Below are positions 27,251 through 40,215 of a stretch of 64,000 nt of DNA, one piece after another. This stretch comes from Callorhinchus milii (lineage: Eukaryota). A program made the translations under genes and the position numbers. Location: assembly GCF_018977255.1 (NCBI RefSeq), contig NW_024704743.1:31126001-31190000 (forward strand), written 5' to 3'. How positions within the stretch are numbered: the stretch's first letter is position 1; each line of letters opens with the position of its first letter. The notes under the pieces are model-generated. The model was not told the origin of the DNA and did not search any database. It was given only the letters and a program-made list of their open reading frames with translations.

Positions 27251-28529
27251 AATGTTACCATCCTCCTATGCTGGTGAAGTAAAGTCTAACTGTAATGCCC
27301 CCAACTTCAAGCTGCTGGGGGCATTACAAAGGAAGAACATATTGGAACAGAATTCCCGTAGGTTCATATGACGTACTTCCTGGTACCGTAAAGAAACCCC
27401 ATGTACAACTATTTGAGACCTCCCTGGTTTTAGATTACTGTGTGTGATAATGGCGATGGTTACATTTAATGCCCTTGATGTAACAACTCAACAAATTCTT
27501 GAGAACCACATGATGAGATCCAAAAAATACCCTAAGTAGACAAATTCCATTATTTCATAAGACTGGTATCAGGCATGCAATACAAGTCACATTTACAGTT
27601 TGTACCAATTGCCATAGGACAGAACACAATCTAAAGTGTTTTGATTTTTTCTCCAAAAGTTGAAGTGCAAATAATATAAATGGAGCAACAGTCATCAGAT
27701 ATGTAGTCATGCATTAGAGTATAGTTTACAGCAATAGTATTCATTTATAAATTGCCAAACTCGTGAACGGTTAGGATAGATTACGTGGTTACATAAAGGA
27801 AAGTATATTTCAAGGAGGTTTAGAGTTAACTAAAATCAGCCATTTGTTCCTCTAAATGGATGATCTTTGTGACCGATAAAGCTCTATTGATTTCTAAATG
27901 TCATTAGGGTCTCCTTTTCACACATGACCTTGAAAATGATTTGCAGATTACTATACGTCAGAGGTTTTTCTGAACTGAGCCAGTTTACTAACAGGGAAAA
28001 CAGTGTTTCTGATATTTTGCCCTTGTGAAGACAGACACAGTGTGTCAAATAACTATTTACATTTAGTTAGGAAGCAAACATAGGACCAAAGATAGTCATT
28101 CTGAATTATTAAGGTTGTAACAATCTACCTTCTTCTGTGTAAAGCACTCACATCACTTCAAAAATACTCTTCAAGATTTTCTTTGAAAAGTATAAATTTA
28201 GTTGAATTTATCTAATTTTTCTTCCCTCCACCACCCCAAATTCCTGTCACATAGCATAGAAATATTTATACGTTCTGGAGATAGTAGCAAAGTATTTTTG
28301 ACACCATTAGGTACACCATTAGGTACAACCTGGTCATTCCTCATGCTCGACACACCCTGAACATTAGCACTGCAAAGACTTGGCTTGTTGAATATTCTAC
28401 TTGGTCACCATGATAAAAGAAAAATAGCAGATGTTATGAATGATTCCAAAGGAAGCTCCATGTAATTCTATTGCTTTTAGGGTGCTGTAAATCTGACTTC
28501 AGGAGCTATCTTTGCAAAGAAGGACAAAC

Positions 28530-28935
28530 AATTGCATTGATATAGCACCCTTCATGCGGCAATGTTCTGCATCGCTGCCCAGTGGCAGTTTGGATGTGGA
28601 GCATGAGAAAAGAGGGTGACCATAGGCACAGTGAAAGAGCTAAGTCTTCAGGTGGTATGTAGGTAGATAAAGAGTGGGATGAGGTGGAGGAGATTGAGGC
28701 TGGGAGATAGGGGATTAGTGGCATAGTGATTGAAGGCACAGCCTCCAATGATGGTGTGCAGGGATGGGAGAGACATGTAGCAGGCCTGTGTGTGAATCCT
28801 CTCAGAGACAACAACAACAACAAAATTACATTTGTATACCGCCTATCATGTCAGAAGGACGTCCCAAGGCACTGGACAGTCAAGGGTTTGTATCCGAGCT
28901 GGGGGTTGAAATTAAGAGGAGTGTAGGGTAGGGGG
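28530..28935 (-). mobile_element. Two tandem L2 3'-tail fragments
   Basis: Tails at ~28530 and 28808 ((caa)n aaattacatttg...ggacgtcccaaggcactggacag). Confidence 0.7.
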
Positions 28936-29604
28936 AATCAGGGTGTGAGGATGTCGACGACAGGGAGCCAGTGGAGCCTGACAAAGATTGAGATGATCAG
29001 AGTGCAGAATTTGGTGTGGATGAGGATGCAGGCACCCAATTCAACTTTATCAGTGGAATAACACAATTCATAACATTGTTTATGGATTGCATGTGATATA
29101 TTGCAATGTTAATTCATATCTACTGGGTACTGGGTTGAGAAAACTCAATTCAGTCAATGATTTTCATCAAGCTCTACAAGAGGGGGAAACAAAGCTGAAA
29201 AGGTAGAATTCTGAGCCACTATTGTAAACATCTGTAACAATATTTGTGTTTCAAAATAAATTTCAAATAAAATAATTTATTAATAGTTAAGAATACAATT
29301 CAATAAAGAAAACAAGAAAATGCATTGCTGATTCGAAGTGTTCTAAGCTAATAGAAATCATTTGAAGTCAAGAGAGAGAAAAAATACTTATCCCAAATTA
29401 AATGTACCGTACTCCCAGATACAAACCAAATCTACCTTCCTATTTAAATTCATTTTCACTACTTCATTTTATCTTCTCTTTTCCATAAACCTGAATATTC
29501 TTAATAATTCTAATTATTTTATTTGTTTCTCCGTGTTTTTATATCACCTCCTTTCCAATCCATTTTGTTTTTTTATCCATTTTCCTCGTGATATGGCTCA
29601 ACCT

Positions 29605-30190
29605 CAACACTCAATTACCCAAACTCCCTCCTTGTTGGCCTCCCCAACTCTTCCCTCCACAAGCTGCAGATCATCCAGAACTCTGCAGCTCGTGTCCTCT
29701 CCCGCACCAGGCTCCGTGACCCCATCACCTCCAACCTTGCCCAGCTCCACTAGCTCCCCATCTGTCAGAGGATAAGAGTTCAAAATCCTCATTCTCACTT
29801 TCAAGGCCCTTCACGGCTTTGCCCCCTCCTATCTCTCTGACCTGCTAACGCCCTATCAACCTGTCCGCTCCCTCCGTTCAGCAGGCTCTGGCCTGCTCCA
29901 TGTCTCCCGCCCTACCCGCCTTACCATCGGCCGCCAGGTTTACAGCCTCTCTGCCCCCACCCTTTGGAATTCCATCCTACAATCCCTTCACCTTGCTCCC
30001 TCCTTTGCCTCCTTCAAAGCACGACTCAAGACCCTCCCTTTTTGACCATGGCTTCAACCGCCCTACTACCTCTCTGCTCTCCCTCATTCCAACCCTGGCC
30101 CCCACACTCGGGTCCTGATCCCCAACTGTTGAGCGCCTTGAAACATCCTCCCGACATGAAAGGTGCTTTACAAATGTAATTTTGTTGTTC
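29605..30190 (+). mobile_element. L2 3' fragment
   Basis: ctccacaagctgcagatcatccagaactctgcagctcg...ttcaaaatcctc; tail gaaaggtgctttacaaatgtaattttgttg. Confidence 0.9.
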
Positions 30191-31691
30191 TTGTTGATAT
30201 TTTCCCTTCTTTTCCGTCCTTTCATTCCTATTTTTTCTATAATTCATTATGCTCTTGGTTTCCCTTCCTTTTTCATTCTGCTAATCAGCAGTTCTGGATA
30301 GAACAATCAGACCAGGAAATGTTAGGGCTGTGGTCTGGGGCAAGGAAAGAGGTCGGGTAGAAATAGCCTGCGAGCCATGCAGGGTAGTCAATTGGCTGGT
30401 AAAAATACAGCAGCAGTCACCAGGGACTTGAAGGGAGTGAGAGAAATGCCAGGGGCTGGTAAGTCAATGAGATGGCTGTTAGAATACTGCGAGAGGAGCA
30501 AAATGACAGCTGGGCCCTTTGTAAAAGCAAGATAGAGGAAAACTGAATAGAAGCCTATTCCATCTTGAATGAAGCCACATGTAATGGGCCCAGCTGATGC
30601 AAATGAAATAAAGAGGCTATGCATTTGACTGGACTCTTTTTATAACAATGTCACACTAGCTGGGGTACTGAAACGCACAGGGTGTGCAAATTGCAGGACA
30701 AGTAGACAGGCAATTGAACTCTGTCCACCCCCTCTTTCCTGGTCATTCCTCTTCACTGACATAAAGAGGACTAGAGCCTTCATTTTCAGCAAAAGCACAT
30801 CATCAACTGTAACGTTTTACATTTAGAGAGTGGCTTTCAGGTCAGGAAGACATATCAAAGCTCTTTACAACCTGACTGGGAGCCTAAACTGGTTGAGAAG
30901 GAGGGAGGCAAGAGAAGTTTGCTAAAAGGTTGATTTTGAAGTTGGGAAGAGAGGGATTGAGGACGAGGGACTTGATGATGGAGTTTCAGAAAGTGGGGAC
31001 AGAATAGCTAAAAGCTCATTCACTGATGATGGGAAATATCGAGCGGGAAGCATGAAATTGAACTCTGTCCACCCCTTTGGAAAGTTCCGAATTGTCTGTA
31101 GCTGTAGAGAGGAGCTGGAGAGTTGTGAGTCAAGCTGTTAACTTAACAGTAAGCACTTCTTAAAAGGTACAAGAGACCCTATTATGTACCATATATATTG
31201 CTCTTACTACAGTACATGAGTGCTGGGTAGGTTATTGGCACAACAACTTGCTTTTATGTAGCACCCTGCATATTGGGTGACATCTCAGAGTGCTTCACAA
31301 AGCGAAGGGAGAAATTTTGGAAAGGCAAGTTTTTACACTGGATGTAATTGGCTTGAGTGTGCTTTTACTTTCTGAAGTCAAGCAGTTGTTATTTGTGTCA
31401 ACAGAGTCTAATATGCTCACATGTAAACCATATGTAACTGCATATGTACAAAGGGAATGCTCTCAATTAACGGCAAATGAAAATAATTGGTTGTTCAGTG
31501 TATAATTAAACAATTAAACCTGTAATTCCCACTGTACACCCAATGTTCTTATGGTTTACACATTGCGCATAATAGATCCCTTTAGAACTGGATTTACCCA
31601 ATGCCACATGAAAGATCAGAGATCAGTATGATTTGAAAGAAGCAGCATGTAGAGTAACTGCAACCAATACAAAATGAATTTTGCAACTTAA

Positions 31692-32174
31692 TCTATCTAT
31701 ACTAATAAAGACGTAATGTCTCTGTATCTGTGTGTCCACGAAGAAAACAATAACCAATTGGCGCAGAGACATGATTTATACCTCACCGGAAAGGACTTGC
31801 ATAGGGGAGTGTCATGGGCATATTTTTTTTCCAGGGATTGCCTATCGTTGATGAACTATATTAAAAAAAAACTCATCACACATGTATGGCAGTTACATTG
31901 TATGCTGCAGTCACACCTGGTGGCCGGACCAACGCCCAGTAGCTCTGTGGCATCGTGAGTCACAGAGCATGCATGCACTCAGACAAAACCTGGCGGCGGT
32001 GAGGTGGAAGTTGCCTCGAACAGTGTTAATGGCAGCTGTTTGGCTGCTTTTCTTGTTGTTCCTGGGCGGCCCCAGGTTGGGTGGCATCATATCGGAGTTG
32101 GGCCAGTGGCGGGTGACGTTAGCTCGGTAAGATCGCGGGATTTCTGGGTTCCGCCTCAGCCTAGCAGCGACTAG
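31692..32174 (+). mobile_element. Probable non-autonomous Helitron
   Basis: A|TCtatctatactaataaa 5' end, CTAG|T 3' end, subterminal hairpin gcggga...ttccgc (32136-32155), CpG-rich interior, no TSD; a second 5'-end copy lies at ~32295. Confidence 0.65.
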
Positions 32175-33609
32175 TCACGGATGGTGAAACCTGGGGCTCG
32201 AGTTCAGGCCTCACCCTGTGCTGGGGTTTAGCCCCTCCCCCTTAAGTATATAATTTTACATAATAATAATCCTTGCATTTGATATAGCGCTAACTATACT
32301 AATAAAGACGAATTGTCTGTCTGTGTGTCAATCTACATTCCATATTGGATCCTTTGGTTGCAAGCAAAGCTACAATAGTCCTTGCCCCCTCTTTACCCAT
32401 CCTCAAATCACAAGTGAAAACTTTCGTCTTTGACCGTGCCTCCGATCACCTCCCCTTTATGCTCAACTAAGCTTTCTAGCATAAGGTTATGCTGGAAGGC
32501 TTAGTTGAGGAAGGGCAGGAGGAGGCTCATGTGGAGCATAGGGCAGTTGGTTCGAATGGCCTGTTTCTGTGTTGTATATTCTAATGTATTCTAATGTATT
32601 CTTTCTCCCTGGCTCAGTGTCGAACAGCTGCATTGTTCAGCATTGTGAGATGCTACCTGTTGTGAAGCAGGGATATACAAATTCAAGTTATTGTTGGGTA
32701 TAGCACCTTTCATGCCAGGAGATTGTCCCAAAGAGCTACACAAAATATACTGTAAAGCATAGTGACTGTGTGTTTTGTTAGTGAATGGGGCACAGAGCAA
32801 TGTCCACAAAAGGCCATGAAGTGAATGACAAATTGTATTGAGGGGGAATTGTTGTCAGCAAGCATAGATTGATGAATTCACTAAAGCAGAATTAAGTCTT
32901 TCTGTATTGCTGGTGGTGGAGCAGTATATTTAGTTGTAGGTAGAAAAATATTTGACAATGTATGAAAAGAACTGTAAGCAACTGATCATAATGTACAACA
33001 GCAATGTTTCTATCCTACTTCCACCTTACACCTATCTGCATTCGTAGCTGATCCGCATTAGCTTGGTGACATCTGTAATTTATATAAATGCAAATTGCCA
33101 TTGAAAGCATTTCAGTAAGTGCTATATCTTCTTTCACATTGTTACTGAAAGGTCTAAACACCAAAGAACTTAACGGTTTCCTCTCAAAACGTTATTTGCC
33201 TCCCAGTTACCATGATGTAGCTAATCTCGAATCATGGAATAAATTAAAATCAAATGAACAAGACATGTCTGAAAGGATTCTTATCTTTGGTTTATAGTCC
33301 AAGTGACTGAAAGCACTTGGAACAATGTCCTGGAGATTCTCCAATTCCTTGCAAGACAAACGAGCAGTAATAGAAGCCCTGCAAATGGTACGATGGACGT
33401 GAATTGAATTCTTAGTTCTAAGGAATTGGTCATCCTTTGGAATATATAACTGCAGCAAAATAGTAAATCTGACTGACTCCAATGTGGTGACAATTTAGCT
33501 AATTTAGGAGCAAGAGGTGTTATCTATTGATTGCAGCCACAATTCAATTTGTGACTGAATTAATATAACAAATTCTAAGAAAATGTAGTTTTCCCACTGA
33601 GCCAGGTTT

Positions 33610-34100
33610 TGATAGAACGCTTTATCATGTTGACAAACTGTCTCAAAGCACTTTACAGGATGGATTCACTATAAAGTATAGTGACTGTGTTTTTTGAAGG
33701 CAAACTCAACAGCTAAAATCACGCTCAGCAATATCCCACAAACAGCCATTAAGTGAAATGATCAATACTTATCCAAGAGATTATTGACCAGGGCACTGAA
33801 AGAAGCTCCCTTCTCTTTTTAAAATGGTGTCATGAGACCTTTAACAGCCATCTGAAAAGGCAGTCAGGACTACAGTGCCCTCCTTTGGATGAGACATTAA
33901 AACAAGATCCATATGCCTGTTCAGATGCATGTTAAAGATCCAATGACACCGCTTGAAAAAGAGTAGGGCGGTTCTCTCAAGATCCTGGCCAATAATGCCC
34001 CTGATTAGATTTGTCTTTCACTTCAAGACTGTCTGTCGGACATTGTTGTGCACAAATTGGCCGCTACGTTCACCTACAAATACACAGTCACTACGTTCAA
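33610..34100. mobile_element. Two older Deu-domain SINE fragments in opposite orientation
   Basis: Minus-strand copy ~33610-33865 and plus-strand copy ~33870-34100 (gatgagacattaaa...gtgcacaaattggccgc). Confidence 0.7.
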
Positions 34101-34104
34101 CAGG

Positions 34105-34446
34105 AAATCCTACAGCTTAGTCGTTAGAGCAATGGCCTCATATGCATGAGACCTAGGTTCAATTCCTGGCAGGGTGAAACGTTGGGCAAGTTTCCTTACT
34201 CCACACGCCACTGTTTAGCAGTAAGTAGGAACCTGGTTGTTAGTTGATCGACGGATCGCTTTTCCGGGGGTAATAATTCCTTAAAAAAATTGGTCACTCA
34301 ATTCACGACTGATGTGCGCAATTAGCTACCGCGTTTCACCCACAAAATACATAATCAATTCACTTTACAGTATATTCTGTGAAGCGCTTTGAGACGTTTC
34401 AAAGACGTGATAAGCCGCTATATCAAATGCAAGGATTATTATTATT
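34105..34446 (+). mobile_element. Full-length tRNA-headed Deu-domain SINE, long form
   Basis: B box ggttcaattcc; gcagtaagtaggaacctggttgttagt insert; atcaaatgcaaggat(tat)n tail. Confidence 0.9.
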
Positions 34447-35583
34447 TTGACAATGTGACAATGTGCTATAACAAATACAAGGATTAATATTATTACTGTG
34501 CCCAATGATCACTGACAGACCCAACGATGTAAAAACAGCATATGGAACTTGTTGCAATGACGACATTTATAAGGACGACGATCATTTTGGAATGCCAAAT
34601 TTTAAGGAAAATAATTAGGTAGCCTTATTAAAAATATCAAATGTTATGGGAAATCATTAAAAATATCCTGAAATTCACATTTTTTTTTGCTGCAAGCACT
34701 GTTATTTTCACACCATTAATGTACACATCACTAGCTGATTGACTTGTGATATTGTTGCATATTCTTATACAAGAATGTTTTCCTTTGTGGTCTTCTGCTC
34801 ATTAGCTAAAGAAAACAGAAAGGGGAATGGAATAAGATCTCAAGATAGGGCGAAAATTGTTTTCAGATGCTGATGAATAGATTTCAACAGATGGGTCATG
34901 GCACCTGTAAAGTCTTAGAAAAAACTATTGTGGCTCTTTGGTGACAATGTAGTCACAAACTCAACAGTCCCCACAACACACTCACAGATCAGTGACACAG
35001 ACTTGCACAATATGTGATTAAGCTAACCATTTAGCCTTCAGTCATATATTACAGCTCTGCCGGTGACGCATAATTATAATAGCAACATTATTATACAGCA
35101 GCTACTCTGCAAGAACTACACAAACACCTAGATTCTGAAGTCTGCCTAAAAGAATTTGCATACCAAATTGAAGTGAGAATTTACCCCTTCACAAGTTTTA
35201 AAATAAAGTAACACTAAGTAGAATGTGTTGCCCCTTCCAAACACCGGCAGAAAGGAAAAGCACATGGTCTCTGTGCCATGCCAGGGACCCAATCACGGTA
35301 CACACATTCAGCCCCAGTATCCTTCAAGGACATCAGTTTATTACGGCATATTTTCTCTCTCTGCCTCAACATTTCAGTTTGTTGTCCTCTCCTTCCTTGG
35401 TCTTGTCACTGTAAGCTCCCTGTGCTCATTCTTTCTCTGAAGCTCTACTCCAAGCTGTTTCTCTCTTCCTCTTCATACATGTATACCACCTGCACGTGGG
35501 AACTTTCCTGCATCTAGAATGGAACGTGCACGACACATTCTCTCCCTGAAGGAAGACACCCTGTTTAATTAATTCCGCAGAGT

Positions 35584-36606
35584 ACAACAACAATAACAAA
35601 ATTACATTTACAGAGCGCCTTTCCTGTCGGGAGGACGTCCCAAAACGCTGAACAGTCAGGTGTCGGGGCCCGAGCATGGGGGAGGGGTGGTGTAGAGGTG
35701 AGGGAAGGCAGAGAGGTGGGAGGGAGACCAAAGGCACGGTCGAAGAGAAAGATCTTGAGACCGACCTTGAAGGAGGCAAGGGAGGAAGCGAGGTGAAGGG
35801 ACCGTGGGATGGAGTTCCAGAGTGTGGGGGCAGAGAGGCTGAAAGCCCGGCCACCGACGGTAGGGCGGGTCGGGCGGGAGACATGGAGCAGACCGGAGCC
35901 CAATGAACGGAGGGAGTGGGCAGGTTGGTCGGGAGTCAGCAGGTCAGAGAGGTAGGAGGGGGCAAGGCCATGGATAGCCTTAAAGGTGAGAACGAGGATC
36001 TTGAACTCGAGCCTCTGGGGGATGGAGAGACAGTGGAGTCGGGCGAGGGTGGGAGTGATGGGGTCACGAAGCCTGGTGTGTGAGAGTACACGAGCTGCAG
36101 AGTTTTGGATGATCTGCAGCTTGTGAAGGGAAGAGGTGGGAAGGCCTATGAGGAGGGAGTTCCCATAATCAAGCCTTGAGGTGACGAATATGTGGGTGAG
36201 TGTTTCGGCAGCCTGAGGGGTGAGGCAGTGGCGGAGTCTGGCAATGTTGCGGAGGTGGTGGTAGGCAGTGCCAGTCATGGCGCGGATGTGGGGGAGAAAG
36301 AACAGTTCAGGGTCAAACAAGATACCCAGGTTCCTGACTGGCTTAGTGAGGTTGAATGTGCAGCTGTGGAGGCTGATGCTGCCAGCGCCTGAGGTGCGGA
36401 GGCGTTGACGCGAACCAATCAGGAGGGCCTCGGACTTGCTGACGTTAAGTTGGAGAAAGTTGGCCCTCGTCCAGGACTTGATGTCAGACAGGCAGTCGAT
36501 CAGGACGTCAGTAGTCCTGGAGATCAGGGTGGAGGCAGAGAGGTGGAGTTGGGTGTCATCCGCATACATGTGGAAATTTACCTCACCAAGGGGGAGCATG
36601 TAGAGT
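35584..36606 (-). mobile_element. 5'-truncated L2 LINE with uninterrupted ORF2 C-terminus (RT YADD motif)
   Basis: 344-aa ORF: FHMYADDTQL, NFLQLNVSKSE, VRNLGILFD, FVTSRLDYGNSLL, QRLEFKIL; intact (ttg)n tail. Confidence 0.96.
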
Positions 36607-39600
36607 ATTTAGCAGGTTGGCAAGAACCGAGGCTTGGGGACAACAGAGTCATGTTGGGGTACTTCTGGAATTTATTCAGCTTCCAACTGAGAAGACTGCC
36701 CCCACTTGGAAACTCAACCTTTTGGAGCTTTGCCCTCGGTAAGCAGTTTGCTCCCTAAGTCGTGCTGAGGATGACGCTGGCTGATATGTCATTATTACTG
36801 CTTGGAGATACCAAGCCCACCTGGCTCAGGAAATGGATTACCAAGACAGTCACAATGGTTGACTTGATTCTGACATTCTTTTGCCAAGGTTGTCCCTTAT
36901 AGAGCCAGCTCAGGACCATTTAACACCTCCACCCCCGCCCCATCCCTCTTGAGGAAGTCACCAGATTGGCTATTTGACATCTGAGAAGCACAAGTACTAG
37001 AAATGCCTTGCACAAAGCTCTCCGCTGCTCTCACCATAAGCTATATTCTTGGGTGGATGGGGGAGGAGCTGAGAGCTCTCAGCTCTCCTTAAAGATTTCA
37101 GGGCTAAGCCCCCTCTAGCCCTCAACAACCACCGCACCGTCTATGGCTCTGATTACCTCTCCACCCCACTATCACTCTGCTTTTGCTCTGTTACACCTCA
37201 CTTCCTAACTGCCCCACAACGACTTTGCCCTGCCATCTCTCCGATCAGCCTCAGTCCCTATCCGCCCCATCCCACTACCCACCTTCTGTTACTCGATCGT
37301 CAGACACTCTGCTTCCATAACATTTTCTTAAAAGCAGGAAAGTCGTCACTGAGTCTGTCCTTTCAATGAATGGGTGCCAAAATGACTTACTCGATTTGTA
37401 ACCAAAATAGGGAGCAGTAAAGATGCAACTGGCGACACAATGACATTGTCCACTTGAATATCCTTTGGGGCTACACATTATTTAAAATTATAGTTGTGAA
37501 AGCACATTTTTCTGAAGAGGCAGCGTAAATAACAACAGCAGAGTTCTCAGAGCAGTCTCTTCTCAAAAGTACTCAAAAGCTCTCTGGTGAAGGACTGAAC
37601 AAGTGGCAGCCAGAAATATAAATAAATATAAACGTCTGGTACGACATATCCAAGAATCGCTTTAAATGCCTCAGCTTTGAATAACTGTCATCAAACGAGT
37701 GGATTTGCATTATGTGGCAAGGTTTACAAGGATCTGAGAAAGGCCCATATGCCTATCAACCACAAAAGCAAATTCTAAGCATCGGGTACCACACACTGCT
37801 CATTGTACGCAGTATTGGCTCAAGTTATTTAGCTGGCATTCAGCCATTCAAATTCTGATCCGTAACGTTGGCAACGAACAGCGGCCTGCCACAGACCCAG
37901 ATCCGATCTACAGTACCTCATCCCCAATTGCTTGAGTCGAAGATTTGAATAATGGGCAGATGACCACCAGCCAAGTATTTACTGCTATTCGTGTTTATTT
38001 ATTGAGACAAAAAGGATTTCTAGAAGTGGGACCACCTATGTTGCTCTAATGAGATAAGATAAGATTGACCTCTTGGCACTGACATGACTCTAAAGGCATC
38101 AACTCTACTTCAAGTAAATCTCAGACAGCTCAATAAAACTGAAACCAAAAGGCTTACTTACACCAGCTGTCCTGTACTTTGTATTCATGTCCCCCCCACC
38201 CTTTCCTAAATACAACTGGCAACACTTTTTTTATATAAATGCCACTGTTAAAGGAGATGTCCTGTATAAATCTGTATAAACGCGACCCGATACTGAGCAT
38301 GCAGATTTGGTATTTGCCAGCCACACTGTTCCTGAATTAACAACCTGTATGGCTTTTTTTTAATGGTAATTAATTCCATTTTTTTCTTTCTTAATAGTCT
38401 GAGACACTACCCTGCATGAAGGGAACTACAACAGAACCACAACATATTCTGACTTCCAGTTTAGTTTCTATCCATAAACACAATGAGTAATTGAAGCAAT
38501 CAAAAATCTGCACAAAACTGTCATTACAAGTCGCCACTAGAGATTGCTAAATTATTTTTAAATTGTTTAAATTACAAAAGAGGTTCATCTCAAATGTTTC
38601 CATCAGACCAATCTTGTCACTTTTTGTGGGCACAGGCATTGAAAAGGATAAACATCAACAGGATTCAATTCAAACTCAAATTCAAGCCACAAAGGGTTTC
38701 TGTAAATATTTGCAGTAGTTGTGTTTTAGTTTCTCAGGAAAATCTATACAATGGACAATAATAGCAGTGTTATGTTTTGTGTGGATTTTATAAGCTTATA
38801 TGTCTACAGAGTGGTAGAAGAAAGGATTATTTTTATAACAAATTCTGACTTTACTGACAAGCAAGTAAATGTTCCAAAGTTATTCTTTATGGTATTATTA
38901 AAATGCAACCGGCAAGCATAATTCTAAAGCAGTGGCAATAATTCTGCTTGCCCTTTGCACAAGGAGGAAAGCTGGGTAATTAAATGCTGTTTCAGTGCTT
39001 AGGATGACCAGTCTTACCTTTTCCATCCTGGCCGCAAGTAGCTCCCTACAGTTATTTACAACCCATTACAGAGGCATGCAACAGCAATCTGCACTTTGGT
39101 GCAATCCTGTCGGTAGGAGTTCCCAGGAGAGTGGATATAAACTGGGAGGCCTACATTATTCCCCATCTTGTCTTTTCATGGGCTCTTTGTATCACTTTGC
39201 ACTAATACCTTTCTCGTGCTACACAGTAAGATTTGATTCAAAGCATTTCCAACCTCTAATTGGTACTAAACTTGTGGTACAAATCTAGTTATGGTAATAT
39301 TGTTTTGATTCTGAGCATCCCTCCCAAAACCAGCTCCAAGAAGAGATTTTGGATCCAATGTGGTTTGAATCCAGTTTTAACTTCCACTGATTCCAATCTA
39401 ACCTTAAAACTCCAACCTTCAACCTTTAAACTAAGTTTGCATTTATAACTTCTCGGGTGATCTATTAAACTATCAAAAAGGTTCTTCATGTTATTAAAGA
39501 ACAGGTCATACTCCAGGCTCTTTAATAACATTAAAAATCATGCAGAATTCTGTGTCCACTAATAATTATTAGTGAATTAGAGCTTCTCCTCAGCTTTTGA

Positions 39601-39759
39601 GTGAGAGTGATTCAAAGTAGCCGCAAGTCCATTTCAAATCCAATTTCGTGTTCAGATTCACTTTGCTCTAGAAACTATAATGAAATAATAATAACAATAA
39701 TCCTCCTCACATTTGGCATGAGGTTATGAAAGGCACTATATAAATGTAAGTTGTTGTTG

Positions 39760-40215
39760 CATAGTACCTTTCACGTCAGGAGGATGTCCCAAAAGCGCTT
39801 CAGTGGAGTGATTGTGTGTTTCTTTGTGAGAGAAAGTGGTTGCAATTTGCACACAGCAATGTCTGACAAACAGCCAAGAAATATTATCAAATGCAAGGAT
39901 AATAATATTTAAAGAAATAAGTAATCAATTTTATTTCGGGGTTTGCTGGGACAGGACACCAGGAGAATCTCCCTTCACTATTTGAATAATACCTTGAGAT
40001 CTTTAACGTGTAAACTTGTTCAGGCAGTTGGGGCCTCGCTTTAAAGTCTCATCCGAAGGACGGCACTTCCAACAATGAGGACGCAGCCCACCCTCGCACT
40101 GGGTTGGAGTGCCACCATAGACGATATGAGTTTCAAGTTCTGAACATGGAGCTTCTGTCCCCACAGCCCTCTGACTTGGAGACAAGAGTGCTACTAACTG
40201 AGCCAGGCTGGCACA
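39760..40215 (-). mobile_element. Older tRNA-headed Deu-domain SINE, near full length
   Basis: Homologous along its length to 47612-48063 and 55160-55506; a head-to-head plus-strand partial copy follows at ~40225-40400. Confidence 0.8.
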
